A stretch of DNA of 63,701 bases, the filler included, from Thraustochytrium aureum (Eukaryota), in the NCBI GenBank assembly GCA_012862495.1. It is 6 parts of 4 records of this genome, joined end to end, with 100 filler letters (N's around TTAATTAATTAA, not from the genome) between each part and the next. Parts side by side here need not be neighbours in the genome. Positions count along the whole stretch, not along the records: positions 44,218 to 53,071 come from BLSG01000376.1; positions 53,172 to 61,329 come from BLSG01000377.1; 4 more parts are not named here. One strand, 5' to 3'. A program made the translations under genes and the position numbers. Each line of letters opens with the position of its first letter. The stretch's first letter is position 1. Below, piece by piece: positions 46,580 to 58,787 of the stretch. The notes beneath the pieces were generated by a model. It did no database searches and was not told where the DNA came from. It saw only the letters and a program-made list of their open reading frames with translations.

Positions 46580-49500
46580 ATGACGCCTGCAGAAGGAGCA
46601 CAGGGCGACGCTGAGGGCGTGGGTGTCGATCCGCAGCAGGCCGAGCTGGAGGCGAGGGCCGACGCCTGTCTTCAGAATGGGGGCGTCGCCGCAGAGGAAA
46701 GGAANNNNNNNNNNNNNNNNNNNNNNNNNNNNNNNNNNNNNNNNNNNNNNNNNNNNNNNNNNNNNNNNNNNNNNNNNNNNNNNNNNNNNNNNNNNNNNNN
46801 NNNNNNNNNNNNNNNNNNNNNNNNNNNNNNNNNNNNNNNNNNNNNNNNNNNNNNNNNNNNNNNNNNNNNNNNNNNNNNNNNNNNNNNNNNNNNNNNNNNN
46901 NCGAGAAGGTGGTCCGCCTGCGCAGTTTGCTGCAGAACGACCAGCTCGCCTCCATCTTGATAAAGCCCAAAGACCTAGAGACCCCCGTGCTGCGCCGCTT
47001 TTTGCGTGCGAGGGACGGGGACGTCCAGGCCGCCTTCGACCAGACCCTCAACGTGCTCAAGTGGCGCAAGGCGCACAAGGTGGACTTGATCCTCGAGCGC
47101 GACTACGAATTCGTCGCGCAAGAGCGCTGGGGCATGGCGTACTGGCACGGGCGCGACAAGTTCGGCCGCCCCGTGCTCGTGATACGCGGCTGCCGCCACG
47201 ACCCGGCGCTCTTCAACGCGGAAACCACTATTCGCTACCTGATTTGGAAGCTAGAGACCAAGCTGCTCGAGCCCGACGTCGACGACGTGGTCGTCATCGT
47301 CGACTGCATCAACACCACGCGCCACAACCTCGACACCAAGCTGGCCCTCAAGCTCATCCCGCTCCTGCAGACCTTTTACCCCGAGCGCCTCGGCGTGTGC
47401 TTTGTCTACCCGACGCTGCCCATCGTCTGGATTCTCTGGAAAATGGTCTCCAAGCGCTTCGACGACAAGACGGAGAAAAAATTTGTCTTTGTTCGCGAGC
47501 AAAAGCGCGACGACAAGTTCTTCAAGCTCATCGACGAAGACCAGCTCCAAGAGCGCTTTGGTGGGACCAGCAAAGAAGAGTTTGGCATGGACGGACTCGG
47601 GCTCGTCCCACCAGAGACCTATGCGGAAAACCTCGCCGAGGCCGCCCAGTCGCCGTCTTCGCCCGCCCGGGCGCCCGGAGCAAAGTCCTCCCCGCACAGT
47701 GCCGCCAACCCGCAGAGCAGCGGCCGCCTCGAAGACGAGGACGGCGACTGCCTCGGGCCAGCCGCCTTTGAGGACCTCGGATCCGACTCCGCGACGGAGG
47801 ACTTTGACACCACCGGCGCGATTCGCGCCAACCGTGGGTCACTCTTCGGGGAAGACGATGCGTTCCACGAGTTCCTCGACAACCGCGAGAAGGAAGAGGA
47901 CCGGTTCCAGCTTCGCCTCCGCTACCAGGTCTCTCAAATCCGCATCGACGGGCAGGGCGTTTCTGACGAAGGCGGCCAGGACTCGAGCTCCTCGCAGCGT
48001 TCTCCACTTAGCCCGCGCAGCGACGTGGGCGACGCTGCGCACCGCGGGCCGCTTCACATTCGCGCCTCGTCGAGCGAGGCTGGCGGAAGCCGCCGCGGCA
48101 AACGCGCCAATGTGAAGCGATTCATTCGCAGGCACATCCTCCGCAAAAAGTCCGAACTGCTGGAGCGACACGCGCGCGCCGCGGAGGACGGGCTCCACCA
48201 GCCTGTGTCCCCGGCCATTTCCGAAGAGGAGTTGAGCGACGCTTTCGAAAGCCTTCCCAAGCAAGCCATGAGCGACCAAGGAGCATCCGCCGCGCATGGC
48301 AGGCCTAGCTTGGACCAAGAGCCGGAGCACGTGCACTCGCTGCCGGCCACCAACGAGCCCGAGGCCCAGCAAAACGTGCTCCGGCGCTCCATCTCGACAA
48401 GCGCGGCCGGCCCGAGGTCGCCACGCGCGGGACCGAGCAGCCGCGCAAGCCCGCGGCTCAGTNNNNNNNNNNNNNNNNNNNNNNNNNNNNNNNNNNNNNN
48501 NNNNNNNNNNNNNNNNNNNNNNNNNNNNNNNNNNNNNNNNNNNNNNNNNNNNNNNNNNNNNNNNNNNNNNNNNNNNNNNNNNNNNACCCGAGCCGCGAGT
48601 GCAACACGTGGGCCACGTGCGAGCCCTCGCGCTTCGAGACGCGCGTCGGGCCCGACTATAAGCGCAACAAGCAAAAGCAGCCGAGTGGGGCCGCCGTCTA
48701 CGACTGCGTCTGCTGCGACGTGTGGTCGCTCGAAAGCAAGCGCCCCCATATCGCCAGCTACATGGACCTGCCCGTGCTGACAGAGTCGCGCCCAAACTCG
48801 ACCCGGAATGCTGTCGCCCCGCTGCCCGAGCTCCTCATTGTCAACATGATGATGCCGTCCTACCCGGCGACAGGGCCGTTCCAGAAGAAGCGCATCGACG
48901 GGCCGGGCCAGTCCATCGTTCTCTTTGCCAAACTCAGCAGCTGGGCCAAGCAAAATGCCGAGGACCCCGCTGTCCAGGTCTGGAGTCGCTTCGTCCACGC
49001 CCATGACGGCGACCCGTTTCGCGAGCGTCTCAAAATGATCACTCGACTAGAAAATCCGGACGAGGTCGACATGGGCCGCATCGAGCGCATGCTCTTAAAG
49101 CGCTACAATGGCACCCCCTGGCTCGTGCGCCCCGAGTACGAGTTCCACAAGGGACGTGGATACTTTGAGATTGACATCGACTACCACCTGTTCACCTACT
49201 TTGTGCTCTCGAAAGCCATGCCAGTGCTCGAGCGCGTGCACAACGCCATCCTGGATTGCGCGCTCATCATTCAGGCCGAAATGGACCAGGAGATGCCTGA
49301 GCGCGTCCTTGTCTGTACCACAATTCGCTGCCTCAACCTGCTCGAAGCCCCTGAGATCGATCTCGTGGTCCTCGACAAGTCAAAGAGCGCAAGGCAGGCC
49401 AAAGAGCTCAGCGCTTGCGGGCCAAGTTTCATCGACCGCGACGGCAACGTCCACCCTCTCCACCCTGGGGCCCGACGGAGCTCGCCGCGCTCTCGGTCGG

Positions 49501-50078
49501 GCTCGGCTTCCTCTGCCAACTCTGCCGACCGCCAGCCATCTGGGGCGGCAGTCACCGGGGGGGCTGCCGCAGCTGCCCTTGGGGCGACTGCAGGCTCGAC
49601 GTTGACAGAACCGAGCAGGGTCGCGGCGCCGGCGCAGCGGCGCGCACCAGCGGCGGTTGTAGACTCTGCTCCTGCGCAGGGCCGCAGCGACACGGTTGCC
49701 GCGAGCACGCCTGCCGAGCAAGGATGGTTTGTGTCCGCTCGGCCGTTCCTGGTCTCCTTCGCGAACGGCAGCCTGCTCGTCGTTCTCGTTGCCATGTCTT
49801 TGCATGGCTGGTCTCGCGGAAACCCATGTAGATTCGGTCCTCGACGTGGGCCTGCCGCGCTGCAGGGGAAGCCAGCGCGCAAATTATTAGATTCTCTTTT
49901 TCCAACGGGCCGGGCGGGCCCGGTCTGGGGTCTCCTCAGCGCGCGCAGAGACGCCGAAAAAAAATCCAAAGGCCATCTGGTAGGTAGAATTCAGATCAGT
50001 TCAGATTTGGCATGCCAACGGACAAAATCCACCTTTAGAAACGGATTGTGCAGCACCTACCTACCTACCTCACGGTAG
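46580..50078 (+). CDS. CRAL-TRIO/SEC14 lipid-binding protein fused to an EDR2 C-terminal (DUF1336) domain; two gaps, termini uncertain
   Basis: LRRFLRARDGDV...LKWRK, HGRDKFGRPVL, LLQTFYPERLG, WKMVSKRFDDKTEKKFVF. After the gap: RVGPDYKRNKQKQPS, FRERLKMI, YNGTPWLVRP, YFEIDIDYHLF, IQAEMDQEMPERVL. Confidence 0.8.
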
Positions 50079-51405
50079 AGGGTCAGGCAAAAATAAAATA
50101 AAATCGCAAATTGATGCCACAGTTCGTGTGCTCCTGCGCACCACGGATGGCCATTGCCATGAGCACTTGCAAGGACAAAGCCACCACACTGATCAGTGAT
50201 GAATTTTGCGGGACAAGGGCCGGGCACAAGGCACAAAACGGACAACCGCCTGCACATCATCACTTTGCGTTTTCCACGCGCTCTTGGAGCAAGGACACAA
50301 GGACAAGGAGCAAGAGCAGCAGAGCAGAGCGGACTGACAAGGACGACCTCATGTCGATTGCATGAGACGTCCGTCTCTTTGATTGTGAGGAGTTTACGGT
50401 GCCTGCTCTGGGGCGGCCCTGCCAGCCTGACTGGTGCTGAGTAATAGTACTCGTACCGTGATGATGTCGTAATACCAGACAGACCGCCTCAGCATTCTTT
50501 CAAGACCAACCAAGCCGACACAACGAACGGATGTGAGCACCCACTCCAGCGAGGAGCACGCAGCGGCTGTACCTACTCTACTCTAGTACTAGTAGGTACT
50601 TGCGACGCTCGCTCCTCAGGCGCAGGCAGCAGTATTCCCCTCAGTCCCTCACAAAGGTTGAACAGAATTCTGAATAAAGCTCATGATGAAAGCCAGTAAT
50701 TCTGATGGGATACAAAAAAAGCACTTGTGCATGGGAGACGGACAGGCTGGGAAGACTGTGGACGGTACACCTACCAAACGTGGACGGCAAGGACTTTCAC
50801 CTTTGTTACTGGGTTCATTTAGGTAGCTGCTCGCGAGAGTTCAGGCTGCCAATCGTCCATCTCTCTGTCCCACCAAAGGATGGCCACCTTGGAATCACCT
50901 TGTGAAGTCGACGATGGCTTCCAAACACAGGCTTGTCGACGAGTGTGGAGGCAAGTCACCCCAGTTTACTTTTTCATTCCAGCATCCGATGCACAATCGG
51001 CGCAGCGGGCCCACCCTGGCGCGGGTGGCCACCAAAGAGCGCTTCAGACTCTTCAGAGCCTCCTCTCAGACTTGCGCTCGTGGCCAAGCGCTTCTTCCTA
51101 CTATTACTTGTTGTTTTGAGGGAAGACTGCACTCGGAGGTTCTTCATCTATCCTCACATCACAAACGTGAGCACGCCGACCAAGTTGCCACTTCTTCCAT
51201 CTCGTGTGCTTGTTCTATCTAATTAGGTATGTCGTGCGTCGCGTTGGCGCAGCTCGTGCGGGTCGATGCTGGCAGAGCCCGAACCCGAACGAGAGCCACG
51301 AGAGCCGAGACTTGCAAGACGTGCCTGTTGCAAGTCGGGCCTGATTGTCGAGAAAAACAACTGACGCGGGAGGGACGCGCGGCCGACGACAAGCGGGTTC
51401 CGACG

Positions 51406-53071
51406 ATGGGTTGCCGCAGCGTGGCCACTGCCGTTGTCGTCTTGCTGTTGGCGCTCACAGCGACGGGGAACGCGCAATTTTGCGGGAGCATGGCCGAGTG
51501 TGGTGACGGAGAGGTGTGCTTCAAACGTCGCTGCGCGAACCCGAGTTGTGTGACTGGAGATGTTCTTTGCGAAGAAAACGAGTTCTGCGCGACCTCCGCG
51601 NNNNNNNNNNNNNNNNNNNNNNNNNNNNNNNNNNNNNNNNNNNNNNNNNNNNNNNNNNNNNNNNNNNNNNNNNNNNNNNNNNNNNNNNNNNNNNNNNNNN
51701 NNNNNNNNNNNNNNNNNNNNNNNNNNNNNNNNNNNNNNNNNNNNNNNNNNNNNNNNNNNNNNNNNNNNNNNNNNNNNNNNNNNNNNNNNNNNNNNNNNNN
51801 NNNNNNNNNNNNNNNNNNNNNNNNNNNNNNNNNNNNNNNNNNNNNNNNNNNNNNNNNNNNNNNNNNNNNNNNNNNNNNNNNNNNNNNNNNNNNNNNNNNN
51901 NNNNNNNNNNNNNNNNNNNNNNNNNNNNNNNNNNNNNNNNNNNNNNNNNNNNNNNNNNNNNNNNNNNNNNNNNNNNNNNNNNNNNNNNNNNNNNNNNNNN
52001 NNNNNNNNNNNNNNNNNNNNNNNNNNNNNNNNNNNNNNNNNNNNNNNNNNNNNNNNNNNNNNNNNNNNNNNNNNNNNNNNNNNNNNNNNNNNNNNNNNNN
52101 NNNNNNNNNNNNNNNNNNNNNNNNNNNNNNNNNNNNNNNNNNNNNNNNNNNNNNNNNNNNNNNNNNNNNNNNNNNNNNNNNNNNNNNNNNNNNNNNNNNN
52201 NNNNNNNNNNNNNNNNNNNNTACGTGTCGCACTGGCGGAGTCACCTGTTCGACGGAGCAATTCTGCTCTGACGACTCGCAATGTGTCGACCGATTCAGCT
52301 TCGGCGACGCCTGCTCAAACTCTGGACAATGCGCATCAAGCTTCTGTCGCCAAGGGACATGTGGTTGTGCTCCCGGCGAATGTCCTGACAACGAGTACTG
52401 CAAGGCAGGTCGGTGCGTCGTGCAAAAGGCATACGACAGGTTCTGTGAAGATGCAGTCGAATGTGCTTCAGAGATTTGCCGCGAAGTCGGTTTCTCAATG
52501 TCGTGCGGGTGTGCGGACACAAACGACTGCGTTGGGAACAGAATTTGCAAGGATTCATTCTGCATATTGCCTGGTGCGCCCTTGCCAAGTCCCACAAGCT
52601 CGCCATCTTCGTCACCTTCGTCGAGCCCATCGCAGGCGCCGTCAAGCTCGCCGACGTCGAGCCCATCGCAGACGCCGTCGAGCTCGCCATCTTCGTCACC
52701 TTCATCAAGCCCATCGCAGGCGCCGTCAAGCTCGCCGACGTCGAGCCCATCGCAGACGCCGTCGAGCTCGCCATCTTCGTCACCTTCGTCGAGCCCATCG
52801 CAGGCGCCGTCGAGCTCGCCCACGTCAAGCCCATCCCAGACGCCGTCGAGCTCGCCATCTTCGTCACCTTCATCAAGCCCATCGCAGGCGCCGTCAAGCT
52901 CGCCGACGTCGAGCCCATCGCAGACGCCGTCGAGCTCGCCATCTTCGTCACCTTCGTCGAGCCCGTCCAGGCGCCGTCGAGCTCGCCCACGTCAAGCCCA
53001 TCCCAGACGCCGTCAGCTCGCCATCTTCGTCACCTTCGTCGAGCCCGTCATCATCCCCTTCAGAACTCGCG
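51406..53071 (+). CDS. Secreted Cys-rich protein with a Ser/Pro/Thr mucin-like stalk; gap 51601-52220, 3' truncated
   Basis: Signal peptide MGCRSVATAVVVLLLALTATGNA; repeated C-x4-C-x5-C modules; SPSS repeats. Confidence 0.8.
52594..53050 (+). repeat. Coding tandem repeat, 84-bp unit (SSSPSSSPSSSPSQAPSSSPTSSPSQTP) x ~5.5, built from 12-bp subunits
   Basis: Seen in DNA and in translation. Confidence 0.9.
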
Positions 53072-53171
53072 NNNNNNNNNNNNNNNNNNNNNNNNNNNNN
53101 NNNNNNNNNNNNNNNTTAATTAATTAANNNNNNNNNNNNNNNNNNNNNNNNNNNNNNNNNNNNNNNNNNNN
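53072..53171. other. Artificial scaffold-joining linker
   Basis: TTAATTAATTAA at 53116-53127 within N runs. Confidence 0.95.
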
Positions 53172-55182
53172 CGTCGAGCCGCAAATGATGCTCGCCGCCT
53201 ACGCTCTGCATCCTGGGCAGACGCCCCTCCATTAGCTACACTTGGTCATCGCGGGGCCCCGCGTACGACGGCCAACTCGGCGTCACGATCACCGCGCCAG
53301 GGGCTGCCATCGCCTCGGTGCCCCGAGTGGACGCTGCTCAAGTCGCGCCTCATGAACGGACCTCGATGGCCTCCCCGAACGCTGCAGGCGGCATCGCGCT
53401 GCTTGTCAGCGGTCTCAAGGCGCGGCGGGTCCGGTACGCCCCGTGGGTGATCAAGCGAGCCCTGCAGGCGACGGCGCGTTGGGTCCCCGGCGTCGAGGCG
53501 CACGCCCAGGGCCGCGGCCTGCTGCAGGTGGCCCGCGCCTTTGACTGGCTCCTCGAGTGGTCCACCGCGTCGCAAGCGCCAGATATGATCCACGCGCGCG
53601 TCCCGTTCAGCGTGGCGGTTACCTCCTCTGAGTGCCGCACTAACGCGGGCCCGGCCCGCGGAATCTACGTGCGCGAGCCTTGGGAGGCCCAGGCCGGCCC
53701 AGTGCGCGAGTTTGTCGTGAGCGTCGAGCCCCTTTTTCCAGAGTGCCAGCTGGACGTGCGCCCAGACCGGGCCCGGCGGTTCCGCGAGGAGCTGCTCTTT
53801 TTCAGCAATGCGGATCGGACCAAAATGGAGGCCAAAGTAAACCTGCGCTGCTCGCAACCGTGGATCAAGGCCCCCCGCACTTGGTCATGAACGCGGGCCC
53901 CAAGGCGTTTCGCGTCTCGATCGACCTCGCTAGCGTGCCAACTTCTGCCGACGGCGCAAACCAAGTTCCCTTTGGGTACGTAGAGGCCTTTGACCCGGCC
54001 GAGCCGGCCTCGAGGGGGCCGCTCTGGTCAGTCCCTGTCACCGTAGTCCGCCCCGAGTCGTGCGACAGTACCCCGGTGGGGCTCGGCGCCGAGTTCTCCC
54101 CGGTGGCTCCTGCCGCCTCAGTCGCCCGGCTTCGCTATCTTCCGTTCAAACGCTATGACGGGGTCGATTTCTGGCCTGGCCACATCGTGCGCCATTTTGT
54201 GGCCGTCCCGCCTGGCGCAACGTGGATGGATCTCTCACTGTCGCCAGGCGCAGGGCCCGGCGCGGCGGCGACCACAGTCCCGGAGGGCTCGTCCCGCACG
54301 TTTTATGTGCACTGCCTCCAAATGCACCAGCAGTCCAACTACAAGGAGGACGAGCTCTCTTCGTCTGTCCAGCTCAGGCACGAACCTGGCGTTGTGGCGA
54401 CCCGCGCCATGGCAGTCACAGAGTGTGGCACTGTAGAGATTTGCATCGCGCAGTACTGGAGCAGCCTCGGCCGCGGCCCGATTGACCTGCACGTTCAGTT
54501 CAACGGCGTGACCCCTCTTCCCCGGGCGCTCTGTATCGGCCCGCATTCAGGCGGGGTTGCGCGCGTCGACCTGCGCGCCGATCTTGGCCTTGTGCGCGTG
54601 AGCCCCGTGGCCAAGCTCAGGAACTGGTCCCAGACGATCCGGCCGTCCCCAACCGAGACCAAGCTCATCCTGTTGCCTTCTGCTGACGGCCGAGACGCCA
54701 TCCTCGGAGCTTTCCCGCGCGAGAGCCGGCCGACCTACGGCCTCGTGCTTGTCTACGCGTTCAAGCAAGCCGAGACCGGCAAGCTGACTCCCCGGCTCCC
54801 GCTCGTCGACAAGTTCCTCTACGAGTCGCCGTTTGACTCGCAAATGTGCATGCTTTACGACCAGAACAAAAAGCTGGTCAGCTGCTCGGACGCCTGGCCG
54901 AAAGCAGTGGAGATTGCCAAGGGCGAAATCACGGCTAGAGTCTTTGTGCGCCACGAAGACCGGGCCGTACTCGAGCGGTTGCAGGACATGCCTTTGGTGG
55001 TCGAACGCCCTCTGCCGAGCGAGGTGGCGCTCTCGGTACACAAGACGATGTCTGGCGCCTGTTCTGGGAGGGACGGGTTCGGCGGCAAGCTGCTCAGTCG
55101 CGGTGAGACGTGCGCAGTCTTTTTCGCAACGCCGTCCTGGGCCGACTTGGCCAAGAAGCTGCCCAAAGGCGTGGCGCAGGGC
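53172..55182 (+). CDS. TPP2: Tripeptidyl-peptidase II (subtilase), partial, with several apparent frameshifts (~53226, ~53322, ~53360, ~53873)
   Basis: [114 protein letters not shown]. Confidence 0.92.
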
Positions 55183-56310
55183 NNNNNNNNNNNNNNNNNN
55201 NNNNNNNNNNNNNNNNNNNNNNNNNNNNNNNNNNNNNNNNNNNNNNNNNNNNNNNNNNNNNNNNNNNNNNNNNNNNNNNNNNNNNNNNNNNNNNNNNNNN
55301 NNNNNNNNNNNNNNNNNNNNNNNNNNNNNNNNNNNNNNNNNNNNNNNNNNNNNNNNNNNNNNNNNNNNNNNNNNNNNNNNNNNNNNNNNNNNNNNNNNNN
55401 NNNNNNNNNNNNNNNNNNNNNNNNNNNNNNNNNNNNNNNNNNNNNNNNNNNNNNNNNNNNNNNNNNNNNNNNNNNNNNNNNNNNNNNNNNNNNNNNNNNN
55501 NNNNNNNNNNNNNNNNNNNNNNNNNNNNNNNNNNNNNNNNNNNNNNNNNNNNNNNNNNNNNNNNNNNNNNNNNNNNNNNNNNNNNNNNNNNNNNNNNNNN
55601 NNNNNNNNNNNNNNNNNNNNNNNNNNNNNNNNNNNNNNNNNNNNNNNNNNNNNNNNNNNNNNNNNNNNNNNNNNNNNNNNNNNNNNNNNNNNNNNNNNNN
55701 NNNNNNNNNNNNNNNNNNNNNNNNNNNNNNNNNNNNNNNNNNNNNNNNNNNNNNNNNNNNNNNNNNNNNNNNNNNNNNNNNNNNNNNNNNNNNNNNNNNN
55801 NNNNNNNNNNNNNNNNNNNNNNNNNNNNNNNNNNNNNNNNNNNNNNNNNNNNNNNNNNNNNNNNNNNNNNNNNNNNNNNNNNNNNNNNNNNNNNNNNNNN
55901 NNNNNNNNNNNNNNNNNNNNNNNNNNNNNNNNNNNNNNNNNNNNNNNNNNNNNNNNNNNNNNNNNNNNNNNNNNNNNNNNNNNNNNNNNNNNNNNNNNNN
56001 NNNNNNNNNNNNNNNNNNNNNNNNNNNNNNNNTCGTCAACCGCGATCCGAGCCCGCGACAGGTTGCGAGCCTGAGCCAGGCGCACGATGGTCTCGGCCCT
56101 GCTCTTCGCTGGTGTTGTGCGAAACACATTCGCACAAGAAGAGTGGCACACCCGACGGCCGTGGACACCGACGAGACGCAGACTCGAAAAGGCTGCGACG
56201 GGCCTGGCCCCGTCGAGGCCAATCGAAAGATTGATAGATACCGATTGATTGGTTGATCGATAGATTGCTCTCGAGAGCGCTGTTGCAGCTCGTGCAGGCG
56301 CCTCGCGACG

Positions 56311-57801
56311 ATGGCCAGCTTGCGCAAGACGGGTCCGGGCGCCATGAAGACGGGTCAGGCGTCCCAACGCCACGGCGACCTGGACCGAAGTGGCTCTGGA
56401 GCTGCCAGGCTGGGCACCGGCAAGGCTCTCACGGCCCTGCTGATGCTTGGCGTTGCCGTGTTTCTGCTTGTGTCGACGGCGGTGAGGCAGCAGGGCGCCA
56501 CGGGCGAGGTGATCGGTTTCCGTGTGGGGCAAGCCCGAGGAGACGACCGCGGCCGGAAGCGCGTTGAAGATGACGGCCGAAGCACGTTGGCGCAAGCGAG
56601 AGTGGCGACAAGACCCAGAGCGAGGCGGTGCCGACCTGCAGCGGCTCGGCCAGTGCCTGAAACGGCACATTGCAGAGCGCTTTCCCGGGAAGGGGCCCTG
56701 GAAACAGGCAGACCAAACCGAGCAGAGTCTGGCGCCACTGCTGGCCGACATGTGGGACAACTTTGGCCAGCAGTATGAGGGAGGCGGGTTCGGAACCCTG
56801 TCGACTTGGGTCGTCTCCGAGAGCAAAAACCTTCGGTATCTCGTCGTGCCCAAAGTGGGTTCCATGACACTGCGGTACATGGTCGCCAAGTGCAACGAGA
56901 CCGTCCCGTGCGACGTTTTGAATGGTGCGCGGCGGCCCTGGCAGCCAGACGATGGCCGAATGGCTTTCCTCTCGGGAAAGGGTTTTTTCCACAACCAAAT
57001 GTCACGCGGCAAAGGCGGCGAGGCTTCCTTCAAGATCGGCAAGAACTTTGAACGACAGATTGACCAGACGTACCCGTTCACGTTCGTGACCGACCCGATC
57101 ACACGCTTTGTAGGTGCATTCATCCAGATCCACCCCTTCAAGCACCCGTTCGCGACAAAGGAGAACGCGACGCGCGACAACGCCTACAAGACCGAGTTCC
57201 TCGACCTCGCGCTAAAGTACACGTCCGGCGACTGGACCGGGGCCACATTCGACCCGCATTTCGCGCCGCAAATTTCCTTTCTCTACAAGGCGGCGATGGA
57301 AGCCCTTCGCCTCAGGCTTGAGGCTGGCGCTGCGCAGGTTGACTTTGTGCCACCGGTCGAGTTTGTTGGTCGCCTGGACAGCCGCTACGCTCAGCGAGAC
57401 TGGGCTTCCCTCATCAACCAAGTCGGCCGATTCTACCCCAAGGGAGCGAAAAACATGGACCCCGTCTTGTACCACGTCAACGGAGCCGCAGAAAACCTGA
57501 CGCGCGAAGAGTACATGCGCATAAAGTCTGACAAGGTCAACCGCGCAAAGTTTCTGACCCGAGCGCGCCAGTACCGCTGGACCGCCGAGCATGCAAGCGG
57601 AAAGAGAGCTCTCGGGCCTCTCGCAAGGTAGAGACGATGCCCGTGGATCTCGTCAGGCGCTTCTGCGCCACGTTTTATACCGACTACTTTTGCTTTGGTG
57701 TCCCGTTCCCTCTGCCTTGCTCCGACGCGGAGGGCAACTACAATCTCAGCGACGCAGAATACCCGCGACCAATTGTGTCGCGAGAGCCGACGTCAACTTG
57801 A
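56311..57801 (+). CDS. Golgi type II membrane sulfotransferase (Sulfotransfer_2-like); frameshifts ~56520 and ~57600
   Basis: N-terminal TM; 5'-PSB YLVVPKVGSMTLR; 3'-PB FTFVTDPITRFVGAF; DPHFAPQ; EFVGRL; C-terminal FYTDYFCFG. Confidence 0.8.
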
Positions 57802-58787
57802 GCCAGAAGAGAGGCGGCCAGCACCTGGCAAGCGCAGGGGCGTCTCGTGGCCAGGAGGTTCGGAACCAGCGTTGGTGCAGACGCTCGGCCAGCGAGTTTT
57901 ATTCCATTGGTGCTACGCCAGGTAGAATGGTATGTGAGGCTCGCACTTTGCTGGCCCTGCTGAGAATCCCCAGCCGCGCCGGCAGAGCCTGCTCGTGGAC
58001 CGCAATTGGCGAAACCCAATCAAGCCAAATCGTTCAGAGGGGGCTGCTGCTTGTGTGGTCGAGTGGAGAACGGGCTGCTGCTTGTGTGGTCAGGCCGAGT
58101 TGTAGAGAGCGGGCGGCTGCTGGTGCGGTCGCGCCGGCACAGTATAGTCGGATTCCGTTCCCATCGCTGCATGTGAACGATTTTTCGCGCGCCGTTCTGA
58201 AATGAATGACCAGGAGAATGCATGTGCCACCCTCTAAGAGCCGTTGAGACTAGCCGTTTGTTTTGTCCGTTCGAGCTTGGTCTCTCCCAACACACTTTGC
58301 TGAAGACTTCAAAACCGGCGGGCGGGCGAGCTGCAGAGCCTGTCTTGTACAGGCTCCTTTCCGCGCCCCAGCTAGCCTGAGAGAATCCCTTCAGAAGCTG
58401 TGCCAAGTGAGAGGCGGCCAGTTCCTGCGCTCCTCCGCCTTCCTCGCCGTCCGATCGATGCGTTGTCACCGGCGCAAATCAATGTCAGGACGGCAAAGCC
58501 ACTTTCGCCTGCGACCTTGCCGAGTTGGCGCTGGATCAGAGCGTGACCGGGTCGCACAAGGCCGTGTGACCTGCGCAGCGCGCCACGGAAGGACCGGGGA
58601 GAGGGAGGTACCTGGTACGCCTCCGTCGCGCACGCCTCGCGCGGCGGCAACGCCGCGCCTCGCCTCGCCCTGGACCGCAACCTACTCGCGGCAGTGAGCG
58701 CCTCCTCAGGTGCAAGGGGGCGGACGACGAGGAGCGTCGGCGCTTAGGCAAGCCGAGTCCGTGCCGAATTCGAGCAACGAAGCGAAC

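Noticed and set aside
50080..51230. Lower-GC segment as a transposon or viral remnant
   Set aside because: Only short ORFs without recognisable motifs, and no terminal repeats seen.
2539..57801. A sulfation/lysosomal gene cluster (PAPS transporter, sulfatase, GNPTAB, sulfotransferase)
   Set aside because: The sulfotransferase is on a different scaffold, and the others are interspersed with unrelated genes. Chance adjacency is sufficient.
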